A stretch of 64,000 bases of DNA from assembly GCA_028278425.1 (NCBI GenBank), contig JANQEJ010000327.1:16382-80381 (forward strand). The letters are read 5' to 3'. Positions 33,216 through 42,072 of the stretch are shown here, one piece after another (position 1 is the stretch's first letter; each line of letters starts with the position of its first letter). The notes beneath the pieces were generated by a model, which saw only the letters and a program-made list of their open reading frames with translations, searched no databases and was not told the origin of the DNA. The position numbers and the translations under genes were made by a program. The stretch comes from Planctomycetota bacterium (GTDB lineage Bacteria; Planctomycetota; UBA1135; GCA-002686595).

Positions 33216-34258
33216 AGCCGCTCCTCGAGCGAGCCGAGCGCATCGGCGACGTTCGCGCGGACCTCGCCGATCTTGCTCTCGAACGACCGACGCACGCCGA
33301 CGAGCTGTGTGAGATAGCGCTCGGTGGTCGCCAGGCTCTCGTGGCCCAGGAACTCCTGGATCCCCCGAACGTCGACGCCGGCCTTCTCGAGCGTGTGCGC
33401 GGCCATGTGTCGCAGGGCGTGGACGTGGACGTGGGGTTCATGCTCCAGCCCGACGCGCGCGGCGGCCCGCTTGAGGATCCGGGCCATCTCCCGGGGCCTC
33501 AGCGGCTCGTGGGGATCGCGGTGCGCGCAGCGGGTCATTCCCTCCTCGGAGGCAGCAAAGACCGCATGGTCGGAGCGCATGCTCTGAAGGCGGCGGGACG
33601 CGACCCAGTATTCGCCGATCGCCACCCAGGCGGTTTCGGGCAGCTCCCAGCGCAGCCATCGGTTGCCCTTCACCCGGCAGCGGTAGGCATACGGCTTGGC
33701 GCCCACGTCGAGATCGCGCACGCGCAGCCTGGCCACCTCGGCGCGGCGCCGACCGGTGAAGGCGAAGAAGAGCAGGACGGCTCGATCGCGCAGGCCCATC
33801 GGATCGCCAGGGATCGCGCGGAGGATCTTCTCGAACGTCTCCCAGCGCATCGCTTCGATGACGCCTTGGGGGACGACGTCGGTGCGCGAGATCGCGCGAA
33901 CGGGGTTGTGGGCGACGAGGCCTCCGGTCGACGCGCTCTGCGGCCGGCGCAGGAACTCGAAGAAGGCGGACAGGGCGCTCAGGCGCTGATAGACGGTGGC
34001 GTCGGAGCGGCCGCTCTGTTGGAGCTGGAGCTTGTAGTCGGCGACCATCGCCGCGTCGACGTCGCGAGGGCACGGCCAGTCGTAGGCCTCGAAGAACTGC
34101 CGGATCGCGGTGCGATAGGAGCGGCGGGTGTTCTGGTTCTTGTCGGCCAGGAAGGCGTACAGGGCGCGCAGGAAGAGGCGCGTGCCTTCCTCGGACCCGC
34201 CGCCGAAGCGGATCAGCGCGATGTCGCTGTTGGGACCGAGCTGCTCGAGCACGCCCAA
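33212..34258 (-). CDS. tyrosine recombinase / phage integrase (XerC/D-like)
   Basis: C-terminal catalytic region HALRHMAAHTLEKAGVDVRGIQEFLGHESLATTERYL (HxxR ... Y); upstream RRAEVARLRVRDL. Confidence 0.85.
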   Translation of the reverse strand: MGVLEQLGPNSDIALIRFGGGSEEGTRLFLRALYAFLADKNQNTRRSYRTAIRQFFEAYDWPCPRDVDAAMVADYKLQLQQSGRSDATVYQRLSALSAFFEFLRRPQSASTGGLVAHNPVRAISRTDVVPQGVIEAMRWETFEKILRAIPGDPMGLRDRAVLLFFAFTGRRRAEVARLRVRDLDVGAKPYAYRCRVKGNRWLRWELPETAWVAIGEYWVASRRLQSMRSDHAVFAASEEGMTRCAHRDPHEPLRPREMARILKRAAARVGLEHEPHVHVHALRHMAAHTLEKAGVDVRGIQEFLGHESLATTERYLTQLVGVRRSFESKIGEVRANVADALGSLEERL

Positions 34259-34279
34259 AGCGTATCACGTGGTGGGCGC

Positions 34280-34528
34280 CTACCCTTCCGCGGCGACAAC
34301 GGGAGCTGTGCCATCCACCACGGCGCGGAGGTTCCGTTCGGAGGGTCCGCGCTTCCGCGTCCGTTCGGCGCGCCGGACGGCATTCGTCATGGACTGGCGC
34401 GCGTGCTCGCCTTCGGCGTGGAGCTCTTGAAGGAGCTTCGTGACCTGGGTGGGCTCCTCGGCGTCCTCCTCCTCGTCGCTCTCGAGCTCGTCGGGGGCGT
34501 CGGGGATCCGGGGGATGCGGTGGGTCAT
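34280..34528 (-). CDS. hypothetical acidic protein
   Basis: 82-aa ORF. Confidence 0.45.
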   Translation of the reverse strand: MTHRIPRIPDAPDELESDEEEDAEEPTQVTKLLQELHAEGEHARQSMTNAVRRAERTRKRGPSERNLRAVVDGTAPVVAAEG

Positions 34529-35037
34529 CGTTCGGGCCTCCTCATCGCGCCCTGCAGCATCGCGCTGAGCTTCTCGATGGACTGCGTCGCGGTGCGCATG
34601 GTCTGCAACTGCTCGGCGTGCAAGGCACGGATGTCATCGTACCGCTTTTCATGGAGCGATGTATTCGCGGCCCGCTCGGCCGCAAGCTCATTGCGGAGCC
34701 GCTCGAGGTCGGCCGTCATGCGCTCGATCTCGCGATCGTCTCCGACGACCACGGCCGCGAGGCTCTGGAGCAGCGAGTCGATCTGGCTCCTCAGGACTGC
34801 CCGGGTCTGCTCGACGGCCTCGTCGAGGTCATGCAGGCTGGCGCGGCGCTTCTTGCGCTCCTCGGGTGTGGAGGCCTCGCCTTCGCCTTCGCCGAGGATC
34901 ATGTCGAGCAGCTTCTGGTTTCGGTCCCAGAGCTTCCAGAGGAAGAACCCCTGGGCGGCCATGATGGCGAGGCACAGGGCCACCGGCAGCCCGTAGCGCG
35001 TCATCGCCTCTCCGAAGAGCTCGATCAGCGCATCCAC
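34525..35037 (-). CDS. membrane-anchored coiled-coil protein
   Basis: N-terminal GLPVALCLAIMAAQGFFLW followed by heptad-like helical sequence. Confidence 0.5.
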   Translation of the reverse strand: MDALIELFGEAMTRYGLPVALCLAIMAAQGFFLWKLWDRNQKLLDMILGEGEGEASTPEERKKRRASLHDLDEAVEQTRAVLRSQIDSLLQSLAAVVVGDDREIERMTADLERLRNELAAERAANTSLHEKRYDDIRALHAEQLQTMRTATQSIEKLSAMLQGAMRRPER

Positions 35038-35113
35038 AGGTCCACACCGCCTTCAAGCCCGACACCCCCAGCCTGGGACACCGTCGGCCAGCAGGCAAGG
35101 ATATTTCCGCACC

Positions 35114-35386
35114 TCACCGTTCGTCGTGCTCGACGAGGCCGTTCTTGCGCAGGGCGTAGTAGACGATCAGCGAGACGGTGATCGAGCCCGATGCAGCCAT
35201 CGCGACGCCGAGAAGACGGCGCCCGCGGTACGGCGTGACGAGGTAGAGGCCGGGAAGGATGAAGACGGTCCGCAGGATCGTCGCCTCGAGGACGCGGCCG
35301 ACCGACCCCTCCTCACCCTCGAGCAGGGATTGGATCGCGTACGAGGAGGGTGGCGAGCCGCGGCGGACGAGGTTCGATCGGGGCAC
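35114..35386 (-). CDS. small membrane protein
   Basis: 90 aa; two hydrophobic segments. Confidence 0.5.
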   Translation of the reverse strand: MPRSNLVRRGSPPSSYAIQSLLEGEEGSVGRVLEATILRTVFILPGLYLVTPYRGRRLLGVAMAASGSITVSLIVYYALRKNGLVEHDER

Positions 35387-35425
35387 GTCTCGAGTGTAGC
35401 GGGTTCTGGGCTCGACGGTCGCGCG

Positions 35426-36370
35426 CTACAGCTTCCACAGCTTGGCCGGCACGATCGCGTTGGCGACTGACCGGGGCCAGAGGCCCGCCTTCACGCCCTT
35501 GCTGACGGCCCGACGCGTGTGCGGGTAGCGCTTCTCACGCCACTTGCCGTAGGAGCTCCGGCCGAGCCGGCGCACCAGGCTGGCGGCGAACTTGCCGACG
35601 TCCTCACGGTGGACCGTGTCCCCGACGCTGCGCAGCGCGCCGGTGAGCGCCCGTGCGGCGGGGCCCGGCCCGTTGACGCTGAACGAGTGGTAGACGCACA
35701 TCGCGAGGTCGAGCTCGTGCGCCAGCGCTTCGGCGCGAAGGCCGATCGGGGAATCGAGCCCGGTGGTGTGGCTGCCGTAGCCCTTCATCTCCAACGCGGT
35801 CCGCGACTTGGCCATCCACTCGGCGGCGTAGGCGACCTGCGCCGGGCGGGTCGCGGGGTGCGCGAGCAGCTCGTGGAACCGCAACGCCCACCGCTTGGCC
35901 TGCTCCCACTTCTGGTTCTTGCCGCGCCGCGTGGGCGCGGGGACGTTCCCGTTGTTGGGCGTGAAGAGGTTGCGGATCGTGCGTCCAGGGACCGGGTGAC
36001 CCGTCGCCCGCGAGCGAAGCTTGCCGTCGCGCGCGACGTAGTAGCCCTCCTGCTCGAGCGCGTTCCACAACGCGGTGAGGGGAGGACAGCGGCGCGTCAT
36101 GACCTCGATGCGTCGCAGCAGCCCGAAGAGGCTGCTCTGGGTCATCGTCTTCGGCGCCACCGCGATGTTGTGGAGCAGGCCGCCGCTCATGGCGGCGCCG
36201 TCGTAGGACTGCACCATCCCCCAGCTCGGCGCCTCGAGCTGGCTCGTGAGCCAGACGGCCCTGTCCATGTGCATCGACAAGTCGAAGTCGTCGAGGGAGA
36301 CGGAGTCGGTGCCGCGCACGAGCGCGCCGGCCTTGGTCTTGCGGAAGCGGACGTGGCGAACGTTCGGCAT
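35426..36370 (-). CDS. hypothetical protein
   Basis: Start set at MPNVRHVRF (ATG 36370); non-repetitive 314 aa. Confidence 0.5.
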   Translation of the reverse strand: MPNVRHVRFRKTKAGALVRGTDSVSLDDFDLSMHMDRAVWLTSQLEAPSWGMVQSYDGAAMSGGLLHNIAVAPKTMTQSSLFGLLRRIEVMTRRCPPLTALWNALEQEGYYVARDGKLRSRATGHPVPGRTIRNLFTPNNGNVPAPTRRGKNQKWEQAKRWALRFHELLAHPATRPAQVAYAAEWMAKSRTALEMKGYGSHTTGLDSPIGLRAEALAHELDLAMCVYHSFSVNGPGPAARALTGALRSVGDTVHREDVGKFAASLVRRLGRSSYGKWREKRYPHTRRAVSKGVKAGLWPRSVANAIVPAKLWKL

Positions 36371-36438
36371 GACTGCGAGCATACCGCAGGGACATCGACC
36401 ATTGCATCCCACCGCTGCATGCGCGATGCTCGTAGGCC

Positions 36439-36822
36439 GTGCTGCCGGACCCCGACTTCGACCCCAATCGCCCCACCAACTTCACAGTCGCCATCATAGG
36501 GCTGCTGTTGTTCGTCGCCCTGAGCGTGACCACAGGCGTCGTGGTGGCGAACGTACTGATGGCTCGCGAGCTCGACAGGCTGACACCGGAATCCGACGCG
36601 CCCGTGGTCGTGCTGGGCGCGGAGGAGCAGCAACTCTGCGAAGCGTACTGCGTTGGGCGCGAGTCTTCGCTGTTCGTGCTCGACCGCCAGCGCCACACGT
36701 GCGTGTGCGCAGACGGCGCGGTGTACGACACCGGCCTGCGCCGTGCTCGCGACCCGCTGCTAACCTACGACCTGTTCTGCAACCGGTTCGACCCGGGTCT
36801 CGATCACTGGGCCGGCCGCTAG
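36439..36822 (+). CDS. Cys-rich membrane protein
   Basis: FTVAIIGLLLFVALSVTTGVVVANVLM helix, then a CEAYC...C.C motif. Confidence 0.45.
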   Translation: MLPDPDFDPNRPTNFTVAIIGLLLFVALSVTTGVVVANVLMARELDRLTPESDAPVVVLGAEEQQLCEAYCVGRESSLFVLDRQRHTCVCADGAVYDTGLRRARDPLLTYDLFCNRFDPGLDHWAGR

Positions 36823-37079
36823 GGCTGCTCGTCGCCTTCCAGTTGCGCGATCGCGTGATCGAGGTAGAAGCGGGCCTTCTTCAGGTCCTCGACGAGCTTG
36901 GCCGGATCCTTCTTGCCGGCGCGCGCGACGTACTTGATCACCTGGAACTTCATCGCGCCCAGGTTCTCTTCGGGCGTCAGCCACGCGTCGGTGACCTTGA
37001 TGACTTCGTAGACCGTGTCGCCGCCGTAGTGGAGTGGGTGGTTGACGGCCTCGATCTCTTCGGCGGTGGGTTCGGTCAT
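36819..37079 (-). CDS. DUF3310-family phage protein
   Basis: NHPLHYGGDTVYEVIKV...MKFQVIKYVARAGKKD...DLKKARFYLDHAI matches the DUF3310 pattern. Confidence 0.6.
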   Translation of the reverse strand: MTEPTAEEIEAVNHPLHYGGDTVYEVIKVTDAWLTPEENLGAMKFQVIKYVARAGKKDPAKLVEDLKKARFYLDHAIAQLEGDEQP

Positions 37080-37780
37080 TTCTCTCCAGAGAGCATCAGG
37101 CGATGCTGGATCCAAGGGGCACGGAGGTTGGCGATGAAGGGTCCGCCGAAGCGAGCTCCGCGTGAGGCCCATCCCATGGTGCCAGGTTGGGTGGTCGAGA
37201 AGCGGCCGGTGCTCTCCCGCATTGGGTAGCCGAACATTGCGGCGTGTTCGAACGCAGCCAAGTTGCCTGCTTGGCGCAGCTCGTTGTAGTGTGCGAGGTC
37301 GTCCTCGGGGTCCTCGTAGTTGACGCGGCCGCGCGCGCATCGCGCAACCGACAGCCGGAGGAGCGTCGCGTCATCGTAGAAGGGCAGCCGAGACGCTGGC
37401 CAAGGAAGGCGCGAGCCCGTCTGAAAGACGAACGGGAGATGCCACATCCCGGGCGCGAGCGCTTCGGGCTCGCTGGCGTCGCGCGCGGCTTTCATCGCCT
37501 TGGCGAGGTTGCGGACCCCCGGGAGCGGATCGCGTAGCCGCCGCGCGAAGAAATCGTCCCACTCGGTCGCGGAGACGACTTGGCTGGTCAGCGCGTAGCC
37601 GGCGCCGCCACGCAGGTACGAGACACCACAACGAGAGAACTCTCGGCTCGGGAAGAGGGGCTGTGTGTGCGCGTCGAGGAGCTGCGCGTAGGCGAACGTG
37701 CACCAGAGAGTGGTCAGGCGGACGCCCTGGGCCTCCGAGTCGGCCAACACGAACGCCTCGTAAGGCCCGGGCGCCTCCAT
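37076..37780 (-). CDS. hypothetical protein
   Basis: Start MEAPGPYEAF at 37780, 1-nt overlap with the upstream stop. Confidence 0.5.
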   Translation of the reverse strand: MEAPGPYEAFVLADSEAQGVRLTTLWCTFAYAQLLDAHTQPLFPSREFSRCGVSYLRGGAGYALTSQVVSATEWDDFFARRLRDPLPGVRNLAKAMKAARDASEPEALAPGMWHLPFVFQTGSRLPWPASRLPFYDDATLLRLSVARCARGRVNYEDPEDDLAHYNELRQAGNLAAFEHAAMFGYPMRESTGRFSTTQPGTMGWASRGARFGGPFIANLRAPWIQHRLMLSGEK

Positions 37781-38148
37781 CAGCAGAAGCTCTCGACGAA
37801 GATGCTTGCGCGCGCGATCTCGGCCTGGTCCTGATGACCCAGCCGGTACTCGAGCACGAGCCGCTCGCCACCGCTGAGCTCGCGCTCTTCGCCGGTGTCG
37901 AACGACTCGTCGTCGACCAAGTCGTTCACGATCGTCTGGGTGATGGTCTCGCGGGCGCCGCCTCGGTAGAGCGAGAGGCGCGTGTCGGCGTTCTTGGCCG
38001 ACAGCATGCCGATCCCGACGCGGCATCCGTGCGTGAGCTTGAGCTCTGGCACCTCGAGCGAGAGCACCTCCCGCCACTCGGTGCTGTCCTCCGTCATGAC
38101 GGGCGCGTCGAGCTCGGCCTCGAGGTTCAGATCCGTTCCAGTTGTCAT
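37780..38148 (-). CDS. hypothetical protein
   Basis: ATG 38148 preceded by ggagagag SD; 122 aa. Confidence 0.5.
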   Translation of the reverse strand: MTTGTDLNLEAELDAPVMTEDSTEWREVLSLEVPELKLTHGCRVGIGMLSAKNADTRLSLYRGGARETITQTIVNDLVDDESFDTGEERELSGGERLVLEYRLGHQDQAEIARASIFVESFC

Positions 38149-38161
38149 AGTCTCTCTCCTC

Positions 38162-38698
38162 TCAGGCCCCCGGCTTGAATCGCAGGGGCCGTAGCTTCGT
38201 GTCCTTGGCCAGGCGCAGCGGATGGCGGGGGTGGCCGTTGTTGGTGTCCTTGGTGCCGAGCCGGAAGGGCTGCGCGCCCCAGCTCCAGAGCTGCTGGAGC
38301 ATCTCGTGCCCGCGCCCGTTGAGGGAGCCGTGCGCGCCCCACGCGCAGATGACGGTGGACGTGTTGGCGACAGCGCGCAGCACGTGCTCTCGGTTGTCGG
38401 GGCCGATCGGATCCTCGGCCTTCTTGAGGTCGCGCGGGTGCGTGGCGCGGAAGCCAAAGAGGTTGACGACCTGCAGGCCGCCGTAGCCCCATGCCTTCGA
38501 AAAGTTGATGCAGCGCCGAATCGTCGCGTCGTCGATGTCGGCATCGGCGGTCGAGGGGTTGAGCATGATCCAGACAGGGTCCTCGCGCGTGTTGCCGATG
38601 TCCCAGCACCGCGTCAGCAGGTAGCGGTAGAGACCGCACTCGGAGATCACGGCGGTGCGCCGGACGCTCGGGATGAGCGAGAGCTGGCGCGTCTTCAT
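38162..38698 (-). CDS. DUF1643-family protein
   Basis: GLYRYLLTRCW...VWIMLNPSTADADIDDATIRRCINFSKAWGYGGLQVVNLF matches the DUF1643 pattern. Confidence 0.6.
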   Translation of the reverse strand: MKTRQLSLIPSVRRTAVISECGLYRYLLTRCWDIGNTREDPVWIMLNPSTADADIDDATIRRCINFSKAWGYGGLQVVNLFGFRATHPRDLKKAEDPIGPDNREHVLRAVANTSTVICAWGAHGSLNGRGHEMLQQLWSWGAQPFRLGTKDTNNGHPRHPLRLAKDTKLRPLRFKPGA

Positions 38699-38925
38699 TC
38701 GCTCTCCGGCGCGCCCATCGGACGCCCACTCAAGAGGTTGCGAATGAATCGACCCGAGGGATCGAACCGGACGACCCAGAGGGACATCCACAAGAACGCG
38801 AGCGCCGCCACGACCAGCGCGACACGCCAAAGCCCGCGGGGGGCACACGTCAACGGGAGGGAGAGCCAGAAGGCGCTCCCCACGAGTCGCCACATCACGC
38901 TCCGATCGAGCGGCGACCCGTTCAC
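38695..38925 (-). CDS. small membrane protein
   Basis: 76 aa with two hydrophobic helices. Confidence 0.4.
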   Translation of the reverse strand: MNGSPLDRSVMWRLVGSAFWLSLPLTCAPRGLWRVALVVAALAFLWMSLWVVRFDPSGRFIRNLLSGRPMGAPESE

Positions 38926-39132
38926 CCGCCTTTCCTCTCGGGCGCATCAGCGCAGGCGCCGTCCGATTCGGGCCGCGTCCTGCGTCGTTCACTGCGCGTC
39001 TGCTCGTCGTCGGGCCACTGCGGCGAAGCCAGGGTGTGACCGATCAGGATCTGGTGCTCGGGCAGCTCGAACCATTTGGGGTCGGTCATTGCTGCTGCGC
39101 TCGTTGCTTGATTCGTTCGCTGCGCTTCATGT

Positions 39133-40041
39133 TCACGTCCCCTCGCTCTCCGGCGCGCCCATCAAGTCCTGGTGCCTGTGCTCGACGATGGCCATGAGTT
39201 GCTCGGAGTGCTTCTCGGCCATGCGCAGCAGGTTACGCCACAGCTTCCGCCTGTGATGGTCCTGCGTGTCTTCTATCAGCGCCGCGAAGTCGCCAACATC
39301 CGCGTGCCACTCGCCGGCCAACCCTCGTAGCCTGGAGCGAAGGTCCGCGATGTCGGCGACGTGCGCTTCGGTCAGCTCCGCCATCAGCTCCATGGCGAGC
39401 AGCGCTTTCTCGTCTTGGCCGGCCCGGAAGGCGCGGAGCAGCAGGCGTCCTACGTCGGTCCGAGTGGGGGGCCACGTAGACCAGCGTTCGGGGCCTTTGC
39501 CGCTGACCCACGCGGCCGCCTCTTCATTGATGCTGAAGGAGGAGCTCTCGGGCAGCTCGGGCGTGACGGCCTGACAGTTGCCCTCTTCTGATCCGCAGTC
39601 GGCGCATTTCCCGACCGCATCCAGCGCGCTCCGTAGGAGCTCGCGGGCCTCGGCCCAGTGTGGGTGCTCTTCGGCTTGGCGCGCTGCCTCCACCACCGCC
39701 TCGAGCTGCCGCACGTGTTCGCGCATCGGGTCCTCGGTGGACCGCATCGCCCAGCCGCTCGCCGGATGGAGCTCGTCGGAGAGGTCGATGATCTGCTCGC
39801 CCTCGAGCCAGCGGCGAACGAGCGCGGGCGGGGTGCGCTGCTCCCGGAACCACTTCTCGATGAATGCCTTCGCTTGCGCGTAGCCCTCGGCGGTGAGGCC
39901 GGGGAATTCCCTCAGCGCGTCTTGCTCGTCGTAGTCGCGAGCGAGCCAAGCCGGGAGCCGGGTGCGTCCGATCGTGGGCCAGCCGCCGCAGACCTCCGGG
40001 TTGGTGAAGATGCCGGGGGCGACTTCGCGGTATTCGCTCAC
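39133..40041 (-). CDS. DUF433-domain protein with long C-terminal extension
   Basis: N-terminus NPEVCGGWPTIGRTRLPAWLA...FPGLTAEGYAQAKAF resembles DUF433. Confidence 0.5.
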   Translation of the reverse strand: MSEYREVAPGIFTNPEVCGGWPTIGRTRLPAWLARDYDEQDALREFPGLTAEGYAQAKAFIEKWFREQRTPPALVRRWLEGEQIIDLSDELHPASGWAMRSTEDPMREHVRQLEAVVEAARQAEEHPHWAEARELLRSALDAVGKCADCGSEEGNCQAVTPELPESSSFSINEEAAAWVSGKGPERWSTWPPTRTDVGRLLLRAFRAGQDEKALLAMELMAELTEAHVADIADLRSRLRGLAGEWHADVGDFAALIEDTQDHHRRKLWRNLLRMAEKHSEQLMAIVEHRHQDLMGAPESEGT

Positions 40042-40334
40042 TTCGATTCCTCGCTGGTTCTGCGGGCGCTGGGGCGCCGTTTCGGCTCGGTGTTCTCGCG
40101 TAGCATGCGGTCGAGCTCGTCACGTAGGGCCTCTGCGCCCGTGCGGTCGAGGGTGGCTCCGCGCCAGCGGTCGAGACAGAGCTGGATTCGAAACCGCTCC
40201 CCATTCGTCGAGTAGTGCTTACGCCCCCACCGCCGCACGACCTGCAGCGCGCCGCGCACCGTGTCGACCTCCACGAGCTCCTCGATACCGGGAAGGGTGT
40301 CCGCGGGGATGGTCCGCGATGCGTTCTTGGCCAT
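40038..40334 (-). CDS. hypothetical protein
   Basis: 98-aa ORF. Confidence 0.5.
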   Translation of the reverse strand: MAKNASRTIPADTLPGIEELVEVDTVRGALQVVRRWGRKHYSTNGERFRIQLCLDRWRGATLDRTGAEALRDELDRMLRENTEPKRRPSARRTSEESK

Positions 40335-40456
40335 CAGTACCGCCGGGTGCCCGAGCGGCCCATAGGGATGCCCAGGCAGCGCCAGAGGAGTTGGTTGCGC
40401 AACTCGTAGGCGCGGCGAACAGCGGCACGCGCGAGCTGCTCGAGGTAGCTGGTCAT
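40334..40456 (-). CDS. small hypothetical protein (40 aa)
   Basis: ATG 40456 preceded by ggagagggg; its stop overlaps the next start (ATGA); below the ORF-track length cutoff. Confidence 0.3.
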   Translation of the reverse strand: MTSYLEQLARAAVRRAYELRNQLLWRCLGIPMGRSGTRRY

Positions 40457-40508
40457 CCCCTCTCCATCGCCCTTCGCGCGAGCGGGCGCCACCCGACCGG
40501 GGCAGCGC

Positions 40509-40703
40509 TCACGTCACGTCCTTGAAGCGTTTCTGGAAGCGTTCGAGCAGGGTGTCCGCTCCGTTCGAGGCGTGCTGGACGCCTTTGCCGGCGGCGAGCT
40601 GCGCGGCGACGAACACGACCCAAACCATGCTGTCGCGACGTCGCTGCGCCTGCCGCTCGTAGTCGCGTTCCCCCGCATCGACGTCTTTTCCATCTTCACT
40701 CAT
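40509..40703 (-). CDS. small hypothetical protein
   Basis: MSEDGKDVDAGERDYERQAQ...; hydrophobic core WVVFVAAQLAAG. Confidence 0.4.
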   Translation of the reverse strand: MSEDGKDVDAGERDYERQAQRRRDSMVWVVFVAAQLAAGKGVQHASNGADTLLERFQKRFKDVT

Positions 40704-41067
40704 CGGGTACCTGCTCGTATTCTTCGGCCAACGCGGGTGCGAGCGCATCCACCGCCTCGCGCCATTCGCGCTCGCGCGCGATCCAGCCTGCGGTCGTGTA
40801 TCCGCGCTCGGGGTCCGCAAAGGGTTCGTGTTTCCACGCGACCGAGGTCTTGGCGATGCGCAGGAGCGCCGCCGCCAGGTTGTGCAGGCGCGCGATGCCG
40901 ACGGCATCCGCAGGGCCTCCGCTCGCGCGATGGTCGGTGAGGCGCGGGGGGTTGGCGACCTTGTCGCTGCCGCACCACACGCCATTCGCGTCGGCGCGCC
41001 AGCGGCCGCGGCTCATCTTGTCGAGCTCGGCCTCCAGGCGTTCGAGCTGTTCTCGGAGCTCCTCCAT
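40696..41067 (-). CDS. hypothetical protein
   Basis: 123-aa ORF. Confidence 0.5.
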   Translation of the reverse strand: MEELREQLERLEAELDKMSRGRWRADANGVWCGSDKVANPPRLTDHRASGGPADAVGIARLHNLAAALLRIAKTSVAWKHEPFADPERGYTTAGWIAREREWREAVDALAPALAEEYEQVPDE

Positions 41068-42044
41068 CAGACAGCGACGGGCGCGGTGATCTTCGGGTGC
41101 GGTGTGTAGCCGTGGAGTCCGATGTTCTCCCAGCGGATGGACATCAGCGCCTCAAGCGGAGAGCAGTTCTCCGGGGTGCCACCGACGTAGAGCTGGGGAG
41201 ACGGAGCGGGCATGCGCGACAACTGCTCCTTCACCTGCTCGACGTGGTTCTTGTAGATGTGGACGTCGCCGAACGAGACGACCAGGTCGCCGGCCCGATA
41301 GCCGAGCACCATGGCGATCATCTCAGTCAGCAGCGCGTAGCTCGCGATGTTGAAGGGGACGCCCAGAAAGACATCCGCGCTGCGCTGGTACATGTGGCAG
41401 CTCAGGACGCGCCGATAGCGCCGCTCGTGATCGGGGGTGTGGCCGTAGGGGGAAGGGTGCGGAGAATCTTCCTCGTGCGTTTCGAACTGGAAGAGCGTGT
41501 GGCAGGGAGGCAACGCAACGGTGTTGGCCTCGCGCGGGTTCCAGCCTGAAACGATGATGCGTCGGGAGTCGGGCGAGTTCTGGAGCAGATCGAGCGCGTT
41601 GGCGATCTGGTCGAAGCCGTCGTCTCGGTAGCTGAGGCGGGATACTCCTGGCGAGCCCATGATGTGGGTCCGCGTTCCTGGTGTCGCACCGAACCGCCTC
41701 CACTGATGTCCGTAGACTGGACCGAGGTCGCCTTCTGCACGTCCGAAGCGCGCACACTGCTCCTTCGTGGCCCACTCCTTCCAGATGTCCACGCCAGCTT
41801 CGCGTAGCTCTTTCTCGTCCGTCGAACCGCGCAGGAACCAGAAGAGCTCCTCGGCGATCCAGCGCAGCGGGAGCTTCTTGGTCGTCAGCAGCGGGAAGCT
41901 GTGGCGCAGGTCGAACACCAGCCGCTCACCGAAGAGCGACAGCGTGCCGGTGCCAGTGCGGTCGCCCTTCGAGCGACCGTGAAAGAGGATCTGCCGGAGC
42001 AGAGCCAGGTAGGCGAGGTCGTGGTAGCGGTGCGGTGGTTTCAT
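41067..42044 (-). CDS. thyA: thymidylate synthase (ThyA type) with insertions
   Basis: GDRTGTGTLSLFG, LLTTKKL, FWFLRGSTD, DLGPVYGHQWR, SRRIIVSGWNP, active-site PPCHTLFQF, YQRSADVFLGVPFNIASYALLT, GDVHIYKNH. Confidence 0.9.
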   Translation of the reverse strand: MKPPHRYHDLAYLALLRQILFHGRSKGDRTGTGTLSLFGERLVFDLRHSFPLLTTKKLPLRWIAEELFWFLRGSTDEKELREAGVDIWKEWATKEQCARFGRAEGDLGPVYGHQWRRFGATPGTRTHIMGSPGVSRLSYRDDGFDQIANALDLLQNSPDSRRIIVSGWNPREANTVALPPCHTLFQFETHEEDSPHPSPYGHTPDHERRYRRVLSCHMYQRSADVFLGVPFNIASYALLTEMIAMVLGYRAGDLVVSFGDVHIYKNHVEQVKEQLSRMPAPSPQLYVGGTPENCSPLEALMSIRWENIGLHGYTPHPKITAPVAV

Positions 42045-42072
42045 GGTTCGCCTGCTCGGTGGGATGAGACGC

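Noticed and set aside
33212-34258. Using the integrase as a prophage boundary marker
   Set aside because: Phage-like genes continue for tens of kb on both sides, and I saw no adjacent direct repeat or tRNA.
33185-34996. 603-aa + strand ORF
   Set aside because: It is antisense to the tyrosine recombinase, which has clear catalytic motifs, and to two downstream - strand genes.
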